Below, piece by piece: positions 49,797 to 59,854 of a stretch of 64,000 nucleotides of DNA. The stretch lies in assembly GCA_963737265.1 (NCBI GenBank), contig CAVTRY010000016.1:160001-224000 (forward strand), in the 5' to 3' direction. Source of the DNA: an uncultured delta proteobacterium. GTDB lineage: Bacteria > Myxococcota_A > Polyangia > Fen-1088. A program made the translations under genes and the position numbers. The notes beneath the pieces are model-generated. The model had not been told where the DNA came from. It saw only the letters and a list, made by a program, of their open reading frames with translations, and searched no databases. How positions within the stretch are numbered: position 1 is the stretch's first letter; each line of letters begins with the position of its first letter.

Positions 49797-51923
49797 TCAC
49801 CTCGTCCTGTCGATCGCGGCAAGGCCATCCTTCGCTTCCGAATAGTCTGGCCTGACGCGAATTGCCTCCTTGTAGAACCGCTTGGCCTCGGTCCGTTGAC
49901 CGAGCCGTTCATGGACCTTTCCGAGGAGATAGCAGAGCACTGCATTGTTCGGGTCCTGGCGGTGTACCTCGGTGAGATGGACAAGCGCAGCAGGATACTT
50001 GTCGGCCGCCAGATAGCACTGCCCCAGGTTGAGGTGGGCGTAGATATTGCCAGGCTCTAACTTCAGGGCGGCCTCGTACTGCCCAATCGCCTGCAAACGC
50101 TCTCCCCGCTTCAAGAAGACGTTACCGACGTTGATATGCCCGATTGCGGAAGCGGAATCGAGGCGGATGGCTTCGTTGTAGTGGATCATGGCCTCGTCGC
50201 TGTTACTCGCTTCCAGCGAATTGCCAAGACCGATGTGTGCCTTGACATTGCTCGGGTTGAGCTTCAGCGCTTCCCTAAACCGCTCTGCTGCGGCCGGGAG
50301 ATCCCCGGCCTCCATGAGCGCCATGCCCGAGCGCCAAAGCGAGACATCGTCGATGAAGCGCGGGCTGATGTGCTCGATGGCTCCCGGCGCGGCGGAAACG
50401 AATTCCGGAATATTGGCCGCGCGGTCGGGCGTGGCGAAGTGTTCCAGAAGCACGGCCGGCGCGTCGATCCCATTCTCGTCAATGTGCGCGACGAAGAGCT
50501 GGGTATAGGCCGAATTGGCCTTTGAAGAAAAAATGAGCCACCTGCTATTCGAAGACCAACTGTGCCAGGAGTTCATTCGCGCGGTATTGCACCGCAATAG
50601 CCGCGGCTCGCCTCCGGCGGTGGGCATGATGTAGAGCCTACTGTCCGGCTGCAGGAGCATGAAGCTGTTCGCCCTGCAAAACACAATCCACCGACCATCG
50701 GGTGAGAATCGGGCGAAATAGTTACTCATGCCGTTGCCAGACGCGCCTACAAGCGGCTCGGCAACGCCACCTTTGCCGCCATTGAACGGGATACGGTACA
50801 GGTCGAATCTAAAAAGAGTCTGGCCGTCGACGAACTCCTTGCACTCCTCGGGCGTGAGAAGCGCGTTCTGCTTGCTGTGGAGATTCTTGAGCTGATAGGC
50901 GGCACTGCGCGCAAACACGATGGATTGGCCGTCAGGACTCCAGACCGGGTTTGATTGTACAAAAGCGCTATCGTCGGCACCTGGAAGCGAGCTGAAGGTC
51001 TTCGTCGTACTGTCATAAACGGCCAGGATCCCTTGAATTGGGAAGAAGAGCTGCGAGAACGCAAGATTGGGTCGGGCCACGAATACCGAGCGATCCTTCA
51101 CCGTGCTCACCACGAATCTACCGTCCGGCGAGACCTGGGAGAGCAGACCAAAAGTCGGAGTGTCTGGGTCGCGCTTGTAATCGCTCCACGTGATGATGTC
51201 GCTTGTTACGAGGTTCATCTCCTTGGCTACCCTGGACAGGGTATAGGCGGCCTTGTCGTTCCCATAGTCGACATCCATGCCCAGCACCTTGCCGTCTGCG
51301 GAAAACGAGTGGCAGTTGCCACACACCGGCAGGTTCTCCAGGACCACCGGTGGCGGGCTGTCGTTTGCTATAGAGCCGTAACGCCAGCGAATGCGCGTAG
51401 GGTCCTTGACCGCGTCGCTGAAAGGCAGGACGACCTCCCGGTAGAAAACCGAGTCGCTCAAAGGGTCTTTGCTCGTAGTGAAGGAAACCGTGCCCTGCGA
51501 GTAAGTATCGGTGCCCTTGTGCAAACCGCCACCCGTCACGCTAACCACCGCCTTTCCATCCGCCGAGTTCCTCTTCATCAATTCCCACTGCTCGGGCGAG
51601 GGCCTCCAGGTCGGCGTACGAACAAAACTCTCGAGCTGCGCCTTCGACCGGTCGAATCTGACCGTCACGAGCCACTCGTGTGCCGCGGATTCGGAATCGG
51701 TCCAGCGAAACCGTGGCGCGACAATTTCTCTGGGGAATATGGCGTTGTCAAAAGGATAGGTGATGGTCAGCGCGTTCAAAGGCTGACGTTGTGTAATCGC
51801 TCGACGTATCCGGTAGGCCCTCAAGCGGTCTTGTTGCGACACGAAGCCGACGGCCAACAACGTGCCAACGAGAGCGACGAGCAGCAGGAGCCATGGCTTG
51901 CGGCGGTTTCTGGTTCCTCGCAT
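49797..51923 (-). CDS. TolB-like PD40 propeller protein with CxxCH and C-terminal TPRs
   Basis: N-terminal TM; YP....FP.EI..P.F.W; CGNCHSFS; SPDG repeats; about five TPR units. Confidence 0.88.
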   Translation of the reverse strand: MRGTRNRRKPWLLLLVALVGTLLAVGFVSQQDRLRAYRIRRAITQRQPLNALTITYPFDNAIFPREIVAPRFRWTDSESAAHEWLVTVRFDRSKAQLESFVRTPTWRPSPEQWELMKRNSADGKAVVSVTGGGLHKGTDTYSQGTVSFTTSKDPLSDSVFYREVVLPFSDAVKDPTRIRWRYGSIANDSPPPVVLENLPVCGNCHSFSADGKVLGMDVDYGNDKAAYTLSRVAKEMNLVTSDIITWSDYKRDPDTPTFGLLSQVSPDGRFVVSTVKDRSVFVARPNLAFSQLFFPIQGILAVYDSTTKTFSSLPGADDSAFVQSNPVWSPDGQSIVFARSAAYQLKNLHSKQNALLTPEECKEFVDGQTLFRFDLYRIPFNGGKGGVAEPLVGASGNGMSNYFARFSPDGRWIVFCRANSFMLLQPDSRLYIMPTAGGEPRLLRCNTARMNSWHSWSSNSRWLIFSSKANSAYTQLFVAHIDENGIDAPAVLLEHFATPDRAANIPEFVSAAPGAIEHISPRFIDDVSLWRSGMALMEAGDLPAAAERFREALKLNPSNVKAHIGLGNSLEASNSDEAMIHYNEAIRLDSASAIGHINVGNVFLKRGERLQAIGQYEAALKLEPGNIYAHLNLGQCYLAADKYPAALVHLTEVHRQDPNNAVLCYLLGKVHERLGQRTEAKRFYKEAIRVRPDYSEAKDGLAAIDRTR

Positions 51924-52007
51924 GACGTCTCGATTCCCAGCACGTCCGGCTGACCCGGTTTGTTGGACGAGCTTCTTATGCCGCGATTGAGGCCTGATAG
52001 GCAAGCA

Positions 52008-52205
52008 CTATTGAAGACATGCCGTGCGAGTAGCCAGGCCCACGCCGCCGCGTCAGTCGCGGGCGACAAAGGTGAAGTGAACGCGGCCGTCGGCAGGCGA
52101 AAGCGCGGGCGCATCCCAGGTCACGTCGACATCGGCTTCGCTGCGCGGGTCGTCGGCTTCGACGGGGGCATCCTCCTCGAAAACCGAGGGGGCGGCGGGC
52201 TTGCG
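52008..52205 (-). pseudogene. 3' fragment of a myxobacterial lipoprotein-like gene with an internal nonsense codon
   Basis: SVFEEDAPV...VTWDAP...VHFTFVARD*RGGVGLATRTACLQ*; the TGA sits where RDGRGG is expected. Confidence 0.55.
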
Positions 52206-52768
52206 GTGACTTGCACGATCCCCGGACCAAGCCGGCCGGCCGAGACCGAGTCGATGCGAGCCGCTCCGGCGAACGCGCGGTAGGCACCGACGATGAGGAT
52301 CGTCCCGACCACGGCGGCCACGATGGTCGTCCGCCGCGTCGTGCTTGGCACCAGAATGGATCTCGTCATCACGACCAAGTTCAGACACAGGATCATGACG
52401 AAGTCGGGACGGAACCCGATGGGGAGCATGGCCGCCATGGCGGTATAGAAGACCGCCGTCAAAATGATGGCTGCGTTTTCCAGGCCACGGATGGTGCGCA
52501 AGGCGTAGTGCCCTCGCCGGGCGATAAGCCAAACCGCAAAGTAGGTCGCCATGCCGATCACATGCGTGATCATGCTGGGATGGACGAGGGAGAGGCGGCC
52601 AGCCGCGAGTGAGCTGCCGACCCGAAAGACAAGGAAGGTCAACCCGAGCAGGAGGCCGGCAAGCGCGAACAGGGCCACGCGTTGCTGGAGGAACGCTTGG
52701 CTGTGCGTGGAGCCGCCAGCCGAATCATCATCGGCTGCTTCAGAGCGGTCGGTGGCAGAGACATGCAT
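52206..52768 (-). pseudogene. N-terminal membrane domain, probably of a truncated Ser/Thr kinase
   Basis: AFLQQRVALF, about five TMs and LVPST.RRT resemble sensor domains of myxobacterial kinases; no kinase domain follows. Confidence 0.5.
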
Positions 52769-53942
52769 GATCGGGCATTCAAGCTCGTGAATTTCGCGAT
52801 ACCCTCGCAGCGTATCCTGGCCGCGGTCGAATGTGAAGCGAGGGGATGGCGAGGAGGATGGCTCGCGGTCGTCACGGGGACGGCGCCCGCTGACGAGCTC
52901 TTGCAAAGAGAAGCCGCAGCCCCATGTCGCTCGTTTCATTGACCGGATACCTGGAAAGCAAGTCGTCAATAGAAGCAATGTCTCCCAATTGCAGCGCGGC
53001 GAGCATTGCGGCGGACAGTTGCCAGGGCTCGGCGATTCCCGGCTTGTCCGTGCGCGAGAGGCTGGCGCCCGCAATCTCGCGGACGGTGCGAAAGTCGCCC
53101 TGGTTGATTGCCGAAAGGAGCGACCACAGCTGGCCCGCAGACGGCGGAAGCACGCCAAGGTCGGCATGCGAACGGATGGTCCGCAAGAGGGTTTCCACAT
53201 CTTCGTTGGTCAGGTAGGAAGCCGTTGCAGTCCACAGCCATTCGAGGGCGGACATCCACGCTTGGGCACCGACGGCGATGCCTTCAGGGCTGGCCGACGG
53301 ATCGCGTCCGGGCGGTTCTACAAGTATTTGCAGTGCATTCTGCACCCTGAAAGCCGACTGCGGCAGCGGGGTCTTGGTCGTGAGGTAATCGAAGAGCATG
53401 CGTGCGCGCACCGCCGCCTCTTCGTTTGTGCTGGGCGAACGACCGGAGCGGCGCCGGTCTTCCAGAATATCGACCAGCGGAAGCCAATAGTGGCGCAAAC
53501 TGCTCAGCTTCGTGTAACTGTCGCCTTGACCCAGGACCATGGCCTTGAATGCCAGCAAATCGAGCAGCGGATGGTAATCCGAATTGGCGGGAAGTTGGTA
53601 GGATTCGAACAGGGGATGGAGCGACCGTCTGCTTCCTAAGTAGTGCGCTCGAAGATCCCCGCGATTGTCGATGCCGTTTTCATGCAGGAATCTCGAAACG
53701 CCAGGAACAAACAGGGTCGAATCGCTGACCCGATCATAGGAAACATCGTTGCCCGCCACGATGATCATGAAGTACCCGGCGTTGAAGATGCTGTAGTCGC
53801 GAAAATTCTGTCCGAGGGCCTTCATGACGGAAGCTAGCAGCGGCATGCTCGTGGGATGAATCCACTGAACGAACACGCCGCCGGGGGACACGTGCCGGCG
53901 AATCAATTGGTAGAACTCTTTCGAGAAGAGACCGGCGACCCC

Positions 53943-55370
53943 CATAGGCATTAACCCAAAAACTTGCGATTTCTCCAAGAACGCCCGCATATGCTCGGGA
54001 TGGACAACATAGCGAAGGACAGCACCACGGGCGACTGGCCAATGATTGCGGCGCAGCTTCCATCCGGATGGGAGGATCTGGCGGTCGAGATGGGCGTGGT
54101 CTACACGAAGTTTCCGGCGCACATGGGCACGAAGGTGACCGAGGCGGCACATTTGCTGCAGCCGATTCTGTACCAGGTGGCGACGAACTCGTCGCTGGCC
54201 GTGACGGTGGCGATGGCGGCGGCGGCCGGGGTGATCAAGATGTCGGCAGTCGGGCTGCACAAGCGAATGAGAACCATTGGTCCCTACCTGGCGCGACTGG
54301 TGACGCTGATGACGGATGCCGAGGCTTCGTTCGCAGCGGAGCGATGGGCGGGCTACGACGTGGTGATCGTGGACGGCTCTTCGGTGTCGCGGCCAGGAGC
54401 CGAGGGCACCACGGCTCGCGTTCACTATGCGCTGCGCTTGAGCACGTTGCGGCCTGTGCAAATCGAGGTCACGGATGACAAGGGCGGCGAGACGTTCAGA
54501 AACTTCGATGCCGAGGCGGGACAACTGTGGATGGGCGACCGCGGCTACTCGAACCCGCCTGGCATAGCGGCGATCATGGCGGCGGATGCCGACGTACTGG
54601 TCCGATACAACCGTGGCTCGCTTCCTCTGTACGGCATGAACGGGCAGCTACTCGACGTTCAGCGAATGCTGGCTCGCCTCAAGCATCCGGGGGTTGCACG
54701 CGAATGGTACGCAGAGGTCCATCCGCAGGGTGGCAAGGCGATCGCTGGCCGGCTGTGCGCGTTGCTCTTGCCGCCCGACAAAGCAGAGGAGGCTCGGCAG
54801 CGCGCGCGACGGGAACAAGGTCCGTCTGTGACTGAGGAAACCCTTGCGGCCGCGCAGTACGTGGTGGTGTTCACGACCGTACCGAGGTCGCGGCTGACCG
54901 CCGCCCTGGTCATGGAACTATACGGCCTCCGCTGGCAAATCGAGCTTCACATCAAGCGGGACAAATCCATCGCAGGGCTCGACCGACTGCCCAACTTTCG
55001 CAACGACACTGTCTATTCCTGGATTTGCGCCAAGATGCTGCTTACCCAGATCGCCCGCAAACTTGCTACACCCAACGTGGCTATTCCCCCCTGTGGAGAA
55101 CTCGACTGGTTCGGCATCCGACGAGCCGCAGAAAGGCGTCAGGGCCGGACTCAGGCGATCAAAGCACCGGGTCGTAGCCGAGCCATGGCGTCTCATGACC
55201 GTCCTCTGGCAAACCGTATGCGCGGCGCTCACGCCGATCAGCGCCAGTCGGTTTCCCGATTTCTTGCAGGCATTCCTTGACCACCTTCAACTCCAAGTCC
55301 CGCGCAAGCGTCTACGCAGCGCCGTTAAGTTCCAGCAACATCTTGCGGAGGAATTGGGTTAATGCCTATG
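53943..55370 (+). mobile_element. IS4-family insertion sequence (1428 bp)
   Basis: 17-bp perfect inverted repeats CATAGGCATTAACCCAA; 11-bp target duplication CCGGCGACCCC at 53932-53942 and 55371-55381. Confidence 0.95.
54000..55280 (+). CDS. IS4 transposase (true C-terminus may continue in the +1 frame to 55362)
   Basis: IVDGS, GDRGY and the YREK motif YGLRWQIELHIK..K. Confidence 0.92.
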   Translation: MDNIAKDSTTGDWPMIAAQLPSGWEDLAVEMGVVYTKFPAHMGTKVTEAAHLLQPILYQVATNSSLAVTVAMAAAAGVIKMSAVGLHKRMRTIGPYLARLVTLMTDAEASFAAERWAGYDVVIVDGSSVSRPGAEGTTARVHYALRLSTLRPVQIEVTDDKGGETFRNFDAEAGQLWMGDRGYSNPPGIAAIMAADADVLVRYNRGSLPLYGMNGQLLDVQRMLARLKHPGVAREWYAEVHPQGGKAIAGRLCALLLPPDKAEEARQRARREQGPSVTEETLAAAQYVVVFTTVPRSRLTAALVMELYGLRWQIELHIKRDKSIAGLDRLPNFRNDTVYSWICAKMLLTQIARKLATPNVAIPPCGELDWFGIRRAAERRQGRTQAIKAPGRSRAMASHDRPLANRMRGAHADQRQSVSRFLAGIP

Positions 55371-57396
55371 CCGGCGACCCCGCTGACCCAGACGTAGCTG
55401 ATATCGGCGACGACAATATCGAACTGGGTGTTCTTCCACGAAAAGAACGACTTGGCATCCTCGACGAAGAGATGGCAGCGCGGGTCGGCGTAGACGTCCG
55501 AGACCCAAGGGGCAAGGTATTTGGCGCCCTCGAACATTTGCTCTTCGATTTCTATGACGTCCACCGACTGAATGGCCGGATCGGAGAGAAAGACGCGTGC
55601 ATTGAAGCCCGTTCCTACGCCGAAGGTCGCGACGGTTCGGGGATTTTGGGTCATGGCAACAGGAATTGCGGCCAGCAGGGTGGAGTTGAGGGTGATGAGA
55701 TTGGGGCCGTCGCCGATGAGCCCGACCGACATACCGTTGGTGGAAATGCCGACGGTGCCGTCCTGCGGGTAGCGAATGACGTCGATGGAAGCCGTCTTAC
55801 CGTCTTTGTGGAATAGAACGGTCTTGTCGAGCTGACTGCTATTGGAGTCGGTAAACAGAAGGGAGGACATTCGCTTCGTGTCGAACTTCGCCGACCATGC
55901 CACGAGCATGACGACGCTCAAGGAAAAGATGGCGGCGACGGGAGCCCAGCGCTTGCGTCGTCCCTTTCCCACGAATAGCGTGACGCCGATGGCCATATCG
56001 ATCGCGCCGCCGAGGAGCATGAGTGCCTTGAGGCCGAGCAGCGGGAGAACGACCTGTACGGACAGCGCGACGCCAACAATGGCCCCTAACGTATTGGCGG
56101 CATACACGGCGCCGATAGATCGCTCCCCGTATCGCGTCGCCAAGAGATGGCGCGTGATGAGAGGCAACGTCATTCCGGCGCAGATGGTGGCAGGGAGCAT
56201 GATGGCCAAGGCCAGCCCTTGACTGGACAATTGAAGCAAGAGGTAGCGCGAGTCGGGCCGAAGCCGACCGATGGAGCCGTACAGTGCTCCCATCCAGTCG
56301 AAGGTCGTGTTGTACAGGGCGATAGTCGCCAGGGCCAGGGCACCCATCGCCAATTGAATGAAGGCGAGAGCGCTTCTTCGATCGGACAGAGAATCAATCG
56401 TCCTGTGAATGAGGAGGCTGCCAATGGCAAGCCCCAAGATGAAGGCACTGAGCATGAGCTCGAACGCATGCGTGTACGTTCCCACCACGAGGCCGAGCAT
56501 GCGGATCCAACCGATCTCGTACATGAACGAAGAGGCTCCGGTGAGCGCCGCCACAGCGAGATACTTGTAAAGCGCCTCCCTCCCGGTCTTTGCATCCCCT
56601 TCGGGCACGATGGTCGGTGCCTGCGCTGTCGGGACGTCGGCGCGGCATAGTGCCCAAACCGCGGCCGCGATCGCAAGGTTCAGTGCTCCTGCGACGGCCA
56701 GGGTGCCAGGATACCCGAGGGCAGCGAGCAGCACATAGCCACAGACCAGGACGCCGACGGCGCCGCCGAGGCTGTTGGTGAAGTAGAGAATGGCGAGGGT
56801 ACGACCGGGCTTTTCGGGAGAAGCTCGGAGGAGCCCGCAGCTCATCAAGGGAAAGGTCGTGCCAAGGAGGATCGATTGCGGCACGATGAGCAGGGCCGCG
56901 AGCCCCCACTTGTAGAGGTGCAGCAGACCGGGCCGATGCAGATGAGGGAGGACGGCCCGGTAGGAACCATCGGTCACGAAGACGTAGACCGGATGAAAGA
57001 ACATGGCGAGAAGACCGATCGTCGCCTCGCAGAGGGCGTAGTAGAGAAGGGGACGGCGAATACGCTCACCGCGCGGCACGATCGAGAACGCACCCAGGGC
57101 CATGCCTCCCATGAAGATCATCAGCACCAGCATCTGGGCGTATGCGGCATGACCAAGGAAGAGCTTCAGATAGTGGCTCCACAGCGACTCGTACATCACA
57201 CCGGAGAAGCCAGAGAGACCGAAGAGGATGAAATAGAGCGACTTTTTCGACATCGGCGGCTCTTTCGCGGGATGCGGGCGGTGAAGTGCAGGACGAAGTG
57301 GAGAATGGGCCAGGTGCGACCCGACGACACTACTACGCCCATGCCGGCGATGGTGCATTCATCGAAGCGGCGCTCTCGGCCACTGAAGATTGCTTC

Positions 57397-57759
57397 CTAC
57401 TGCCGGCCTCGTTTTTCAGCGACGCGTGCCTCGATCAACTTGCGCACGAGCGCTGCCGGCAACGGCTCGTCGGGATGGAAATGAAGGGAGGACTTGGTTT
57501 GGCCGTATGCCCTGAGATCCTCGGCCAGCGCGCCCAGCGTCGACCCACTGAACGGGAAGTACGAACATCCCTTCGCCGTCGCGCAGAATCCGGCGACCAC
57601 GACCCCGTCGAGGCGGAACGCCGGGATTCTGTAGCTTATGCATTCCTCGGCCGCGGGAATGATCGATCGAATCGTGTTGCGGAGCTTGCCCAGCACCGCC
57701 CGCTTCTCGCTGCTCAAGGGTGCAAGGTACTCATCTATGGTCCTGGGCTTACCTGACAT
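57397..57759 (-). CDS. DUF1801/YdhG-like protein
   Basis: TIDEYLA...LR..IR...P.AEE.ISY.IPAF, KSSLHF....PLP..LV.KLI. Confidence 0.9.
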   Translation of the reverse strand: MSGKPRTIDEYLAPLSSEKRAVLGKLRNTIRSIIPAAEECISYRIPAFRLDGVVVAGFCATAKGCSYFPFSGSTLGALAEDLRAYGQTKSSLHFHPDEPLPAALVRKLIEARVAEKRGRQ

Positions 57760-57870
57760 CGGCAACTTCCCTTTCGATGCCGGTCCCCCGCTTAGGTCAC
57801 GGGATCCCCAAGGACACATAAGACGTCCCGACCTGTTGCGGGTCGCCTCGGGTTGTGCGATGCAAGTCCC

Positions 57871-58881
57871 ATGCGTCGATCGCTTCGTCCACTCCTCTGC
57901 TTTCTCGTCCCGCTTCTCGTTCCGGCCTGCAAAGTCAAAACCCAACCCGACAGCAAGGGCGCCGTGGGACCACAGACCATTCTCGCGCGGATTGACGACG
58001 TTCCCATCACGACCGGGGACATGAAGGAATTGCTCGCGCGTTACGCCAGCCAGCCGTTCGTGCTCGCGCGCTACTCGTCGATCGAAAAGAAGAAGGAGCT
58101 GCTCGACAGCCTCATCCGCTACGACGTGCTCGCCCTGGAAGCTCGCAAGCGAGGCTACGAGCGCGACCCCGAGGTGCAGCGCGTGGCCAAGGACAAGATG
58201 GTCAAGCTGTTCACCCAGCAGCAGATCTTCGATAGGGTAAAGCTGTCGGACGTGCCCGATGCGGATGTGGAGAAATACTACAAGGATCACCCGACGGAGT
58301 ACCTGCGGCCCGAGACCGTGCGCGTGAGCCAGATCCTTGTCAAAGACAAGGCAAAGGCGCTGAAGATCCTGGCCGAGGTCAAAGCCCTGCCCAAGCTCGA
58401 CTGGAAGGCCTTCCGCGATCTCGTGGCGAAATATTCCGAGGACGCCGATTCCAAACCGCGCGGCGGCGACTTGACCCAATTCGACCGCACCTCCACCCAG
58501 CACCCGCAACCCGTGGTAGCGGCGGCGTTCGCGCTGAAGGACGTCGGCGACGTCTCCGAGTTGGTGGCCGTCAACACGGGCTTCGCACTTCTCAAGCTGG
58601 CCGAGCATCATCCCGCGCTTTCGCGCTCCCTCGAAGACGCAAAGCTCGAGATTCAGAAGCGCCTGCTGGTCGACCTGCGCACGAAACGGAAGAACGAGTT
58701 CGTTGAAGCGGCCCGCAAGGATGTCAACGTGGAAATCTACGAGGACGAATTAGCCAAGCTGGATCTCGCCGGCGCCAGCTCCGTCGACGGCGGTGCCACG
58801 GCCGGCCCCGCTGCCGCCCTAGCGCCAGGCAGAGAACGAGCCGGGCACGACGCCGGCGCCGTGGTAAAAACCCTGCCATGA
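57871..58881 (+). CDS. PpiC-type (parvulin) peptidyl-prolyl isomerase lipoprotein
   Basis: VPA-C lipobox, VSQILV, F..LV.KYSED..S..RGGDL, AAF.L...GDVS. Confidence 0.9.
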   Translation: MRRSLRPLLCFLVPLLVPACKVKTQPDSKGAVGPQTILARIDDVPITTGDMKELLARYASQPFVLARYSSIEKKKELLDSLIRYDVLALEARKRGYERDPEVQRVAKDKMVKLFTQQQIFDRVKLSDVPDADVEKYYKDHPTEYLRPETVRVSQILVKDKAKALKILAEVKALPKLDWKAFRDLVAKYSEDADSKPRGGDLTQFDRTSTQHPQPVVAAAFALKDVGDVSELVAVNTGFALLKLAEHHPALSRSLEDAKLEIQKRLLVDLRTKRKNEFVEAARKDVNVEIYEDELAKLDLAGASSVDGGATAGPAAALAPGRERAGHDAGAVVKTLP

Positions 58882-59847
58882 AGCACCTTCGCACCCCCGC
58901 TGCGGCGCTAGGCATGGTCTTGCTGGGCACGGCCAGCACGGCCCAAGCCCGCGTCGTGGAGAAAATCGTCGCCCTGGTGGGGGACGACATCGTTCTGCAG
59001 AGCGAGGTCGAGGACCGCGCAACGCCCCTCATGGCGGAAATCGCGGCCATCGCCAACCCGACCGAACGCGAGGCGCGCACCAACGCCATTCGCCGCGAAG
59101 TCTTGGAGCGACTCATCGACGATCAACTGCTGGCCCAACAGGCGACGGAGCTCAAGCTGACCGTCGGCAGCGACGAGATCGATCGAGCCATCGCGCAAAT
59201 CAAGCGGGACTACAGCCTGACCGACGATCAGCTCAAGGATGAGCTGCGCAAGCAGGGCCTCAGCATGGCGGCCTACCGCATGAACACCAAGAAAGAGATT
59301 CTCAAGTACCGCGTGCTCAACATCGCCGTCGGGTCCAAGATCAACGTCGGCGACAGCGAAGTGCAGAGCTACTACGACCGCCACATGAAATCGGCCAACG
59401 TGCAAATGCGCGCCAGCCACATCTTCATCGCCATTCCCGATGGCGCCGACAATGCGACCCTGGTTCGAGCGCGAGAAGCTGGCCAAGTCGTTGCTTGCCC
59501 GGGCTCAACAAGGCGAGGACTTCGCCAAGCTGGCGCGCGAATATTCCGAAGACGCGGGCACGCGCGCCGAGGGCGGCGACCTGGGATTCATCGGGCGCGA
59601 CATCCTGCCCAAGCCCATCGAAGAGCTCGTATTCTCCATGCGCGTGGGCGACATCCGCGGCCCCGTGCGCGCCGATCGCGGCTACCACGTCATCAAGCTG
59701 GTGGACAAACGCATCGGGGCCGCCAAGCCGCTGGCCGACGTTCAGGACGATATCCGCATTCGGCTGCGCCAGCGCGAGATGGAGCGACAAACCAAGATCT
59801 ACCTCGGCGATCTGCGCAAGAAGATCCTCGTCGACGTGCGGCTGTAG
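58878..59847 (+). CDS. surA: SurA-like chaperone/PPIase with an apparent +1 frameshift at 59464-59465
   Basis: VVEKIVALVG..IV..SEV, ASHIFI; removing one T from CTGGTTCGAG restores LVEREKLAK...GEDFAKLAREYSED...GGDLG. Confidence 0.85.
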
Positions 59848-59854
59848 CCGACGC

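Larger units (their letters stand above)
52872..57253 (-). pseudogene. Fused membrane domain/spermidine synthase-like protein interrupted by IS4
   Basis: LSGFSGVMYE..W, FMGGMALG, NSLGGAVG, G.GTG, VIEIE, EDA; removing the IS restores WVSGVAGLFSKEFY...PGGVFVQW. Confidence 0.9.

Noticed and set aside
52053-52055. In-frame TGA as selenocysteine or readthrough
   Set aside because: It replaces an expected Gly (RDGRGG) in a gene fragment with no 5' end; a nonsense mutation is simpler
42088-57800. Integron cassette array or prophage
   Set aside because: No intI, no attC-like structures, mixed gene orientations and no phage genes
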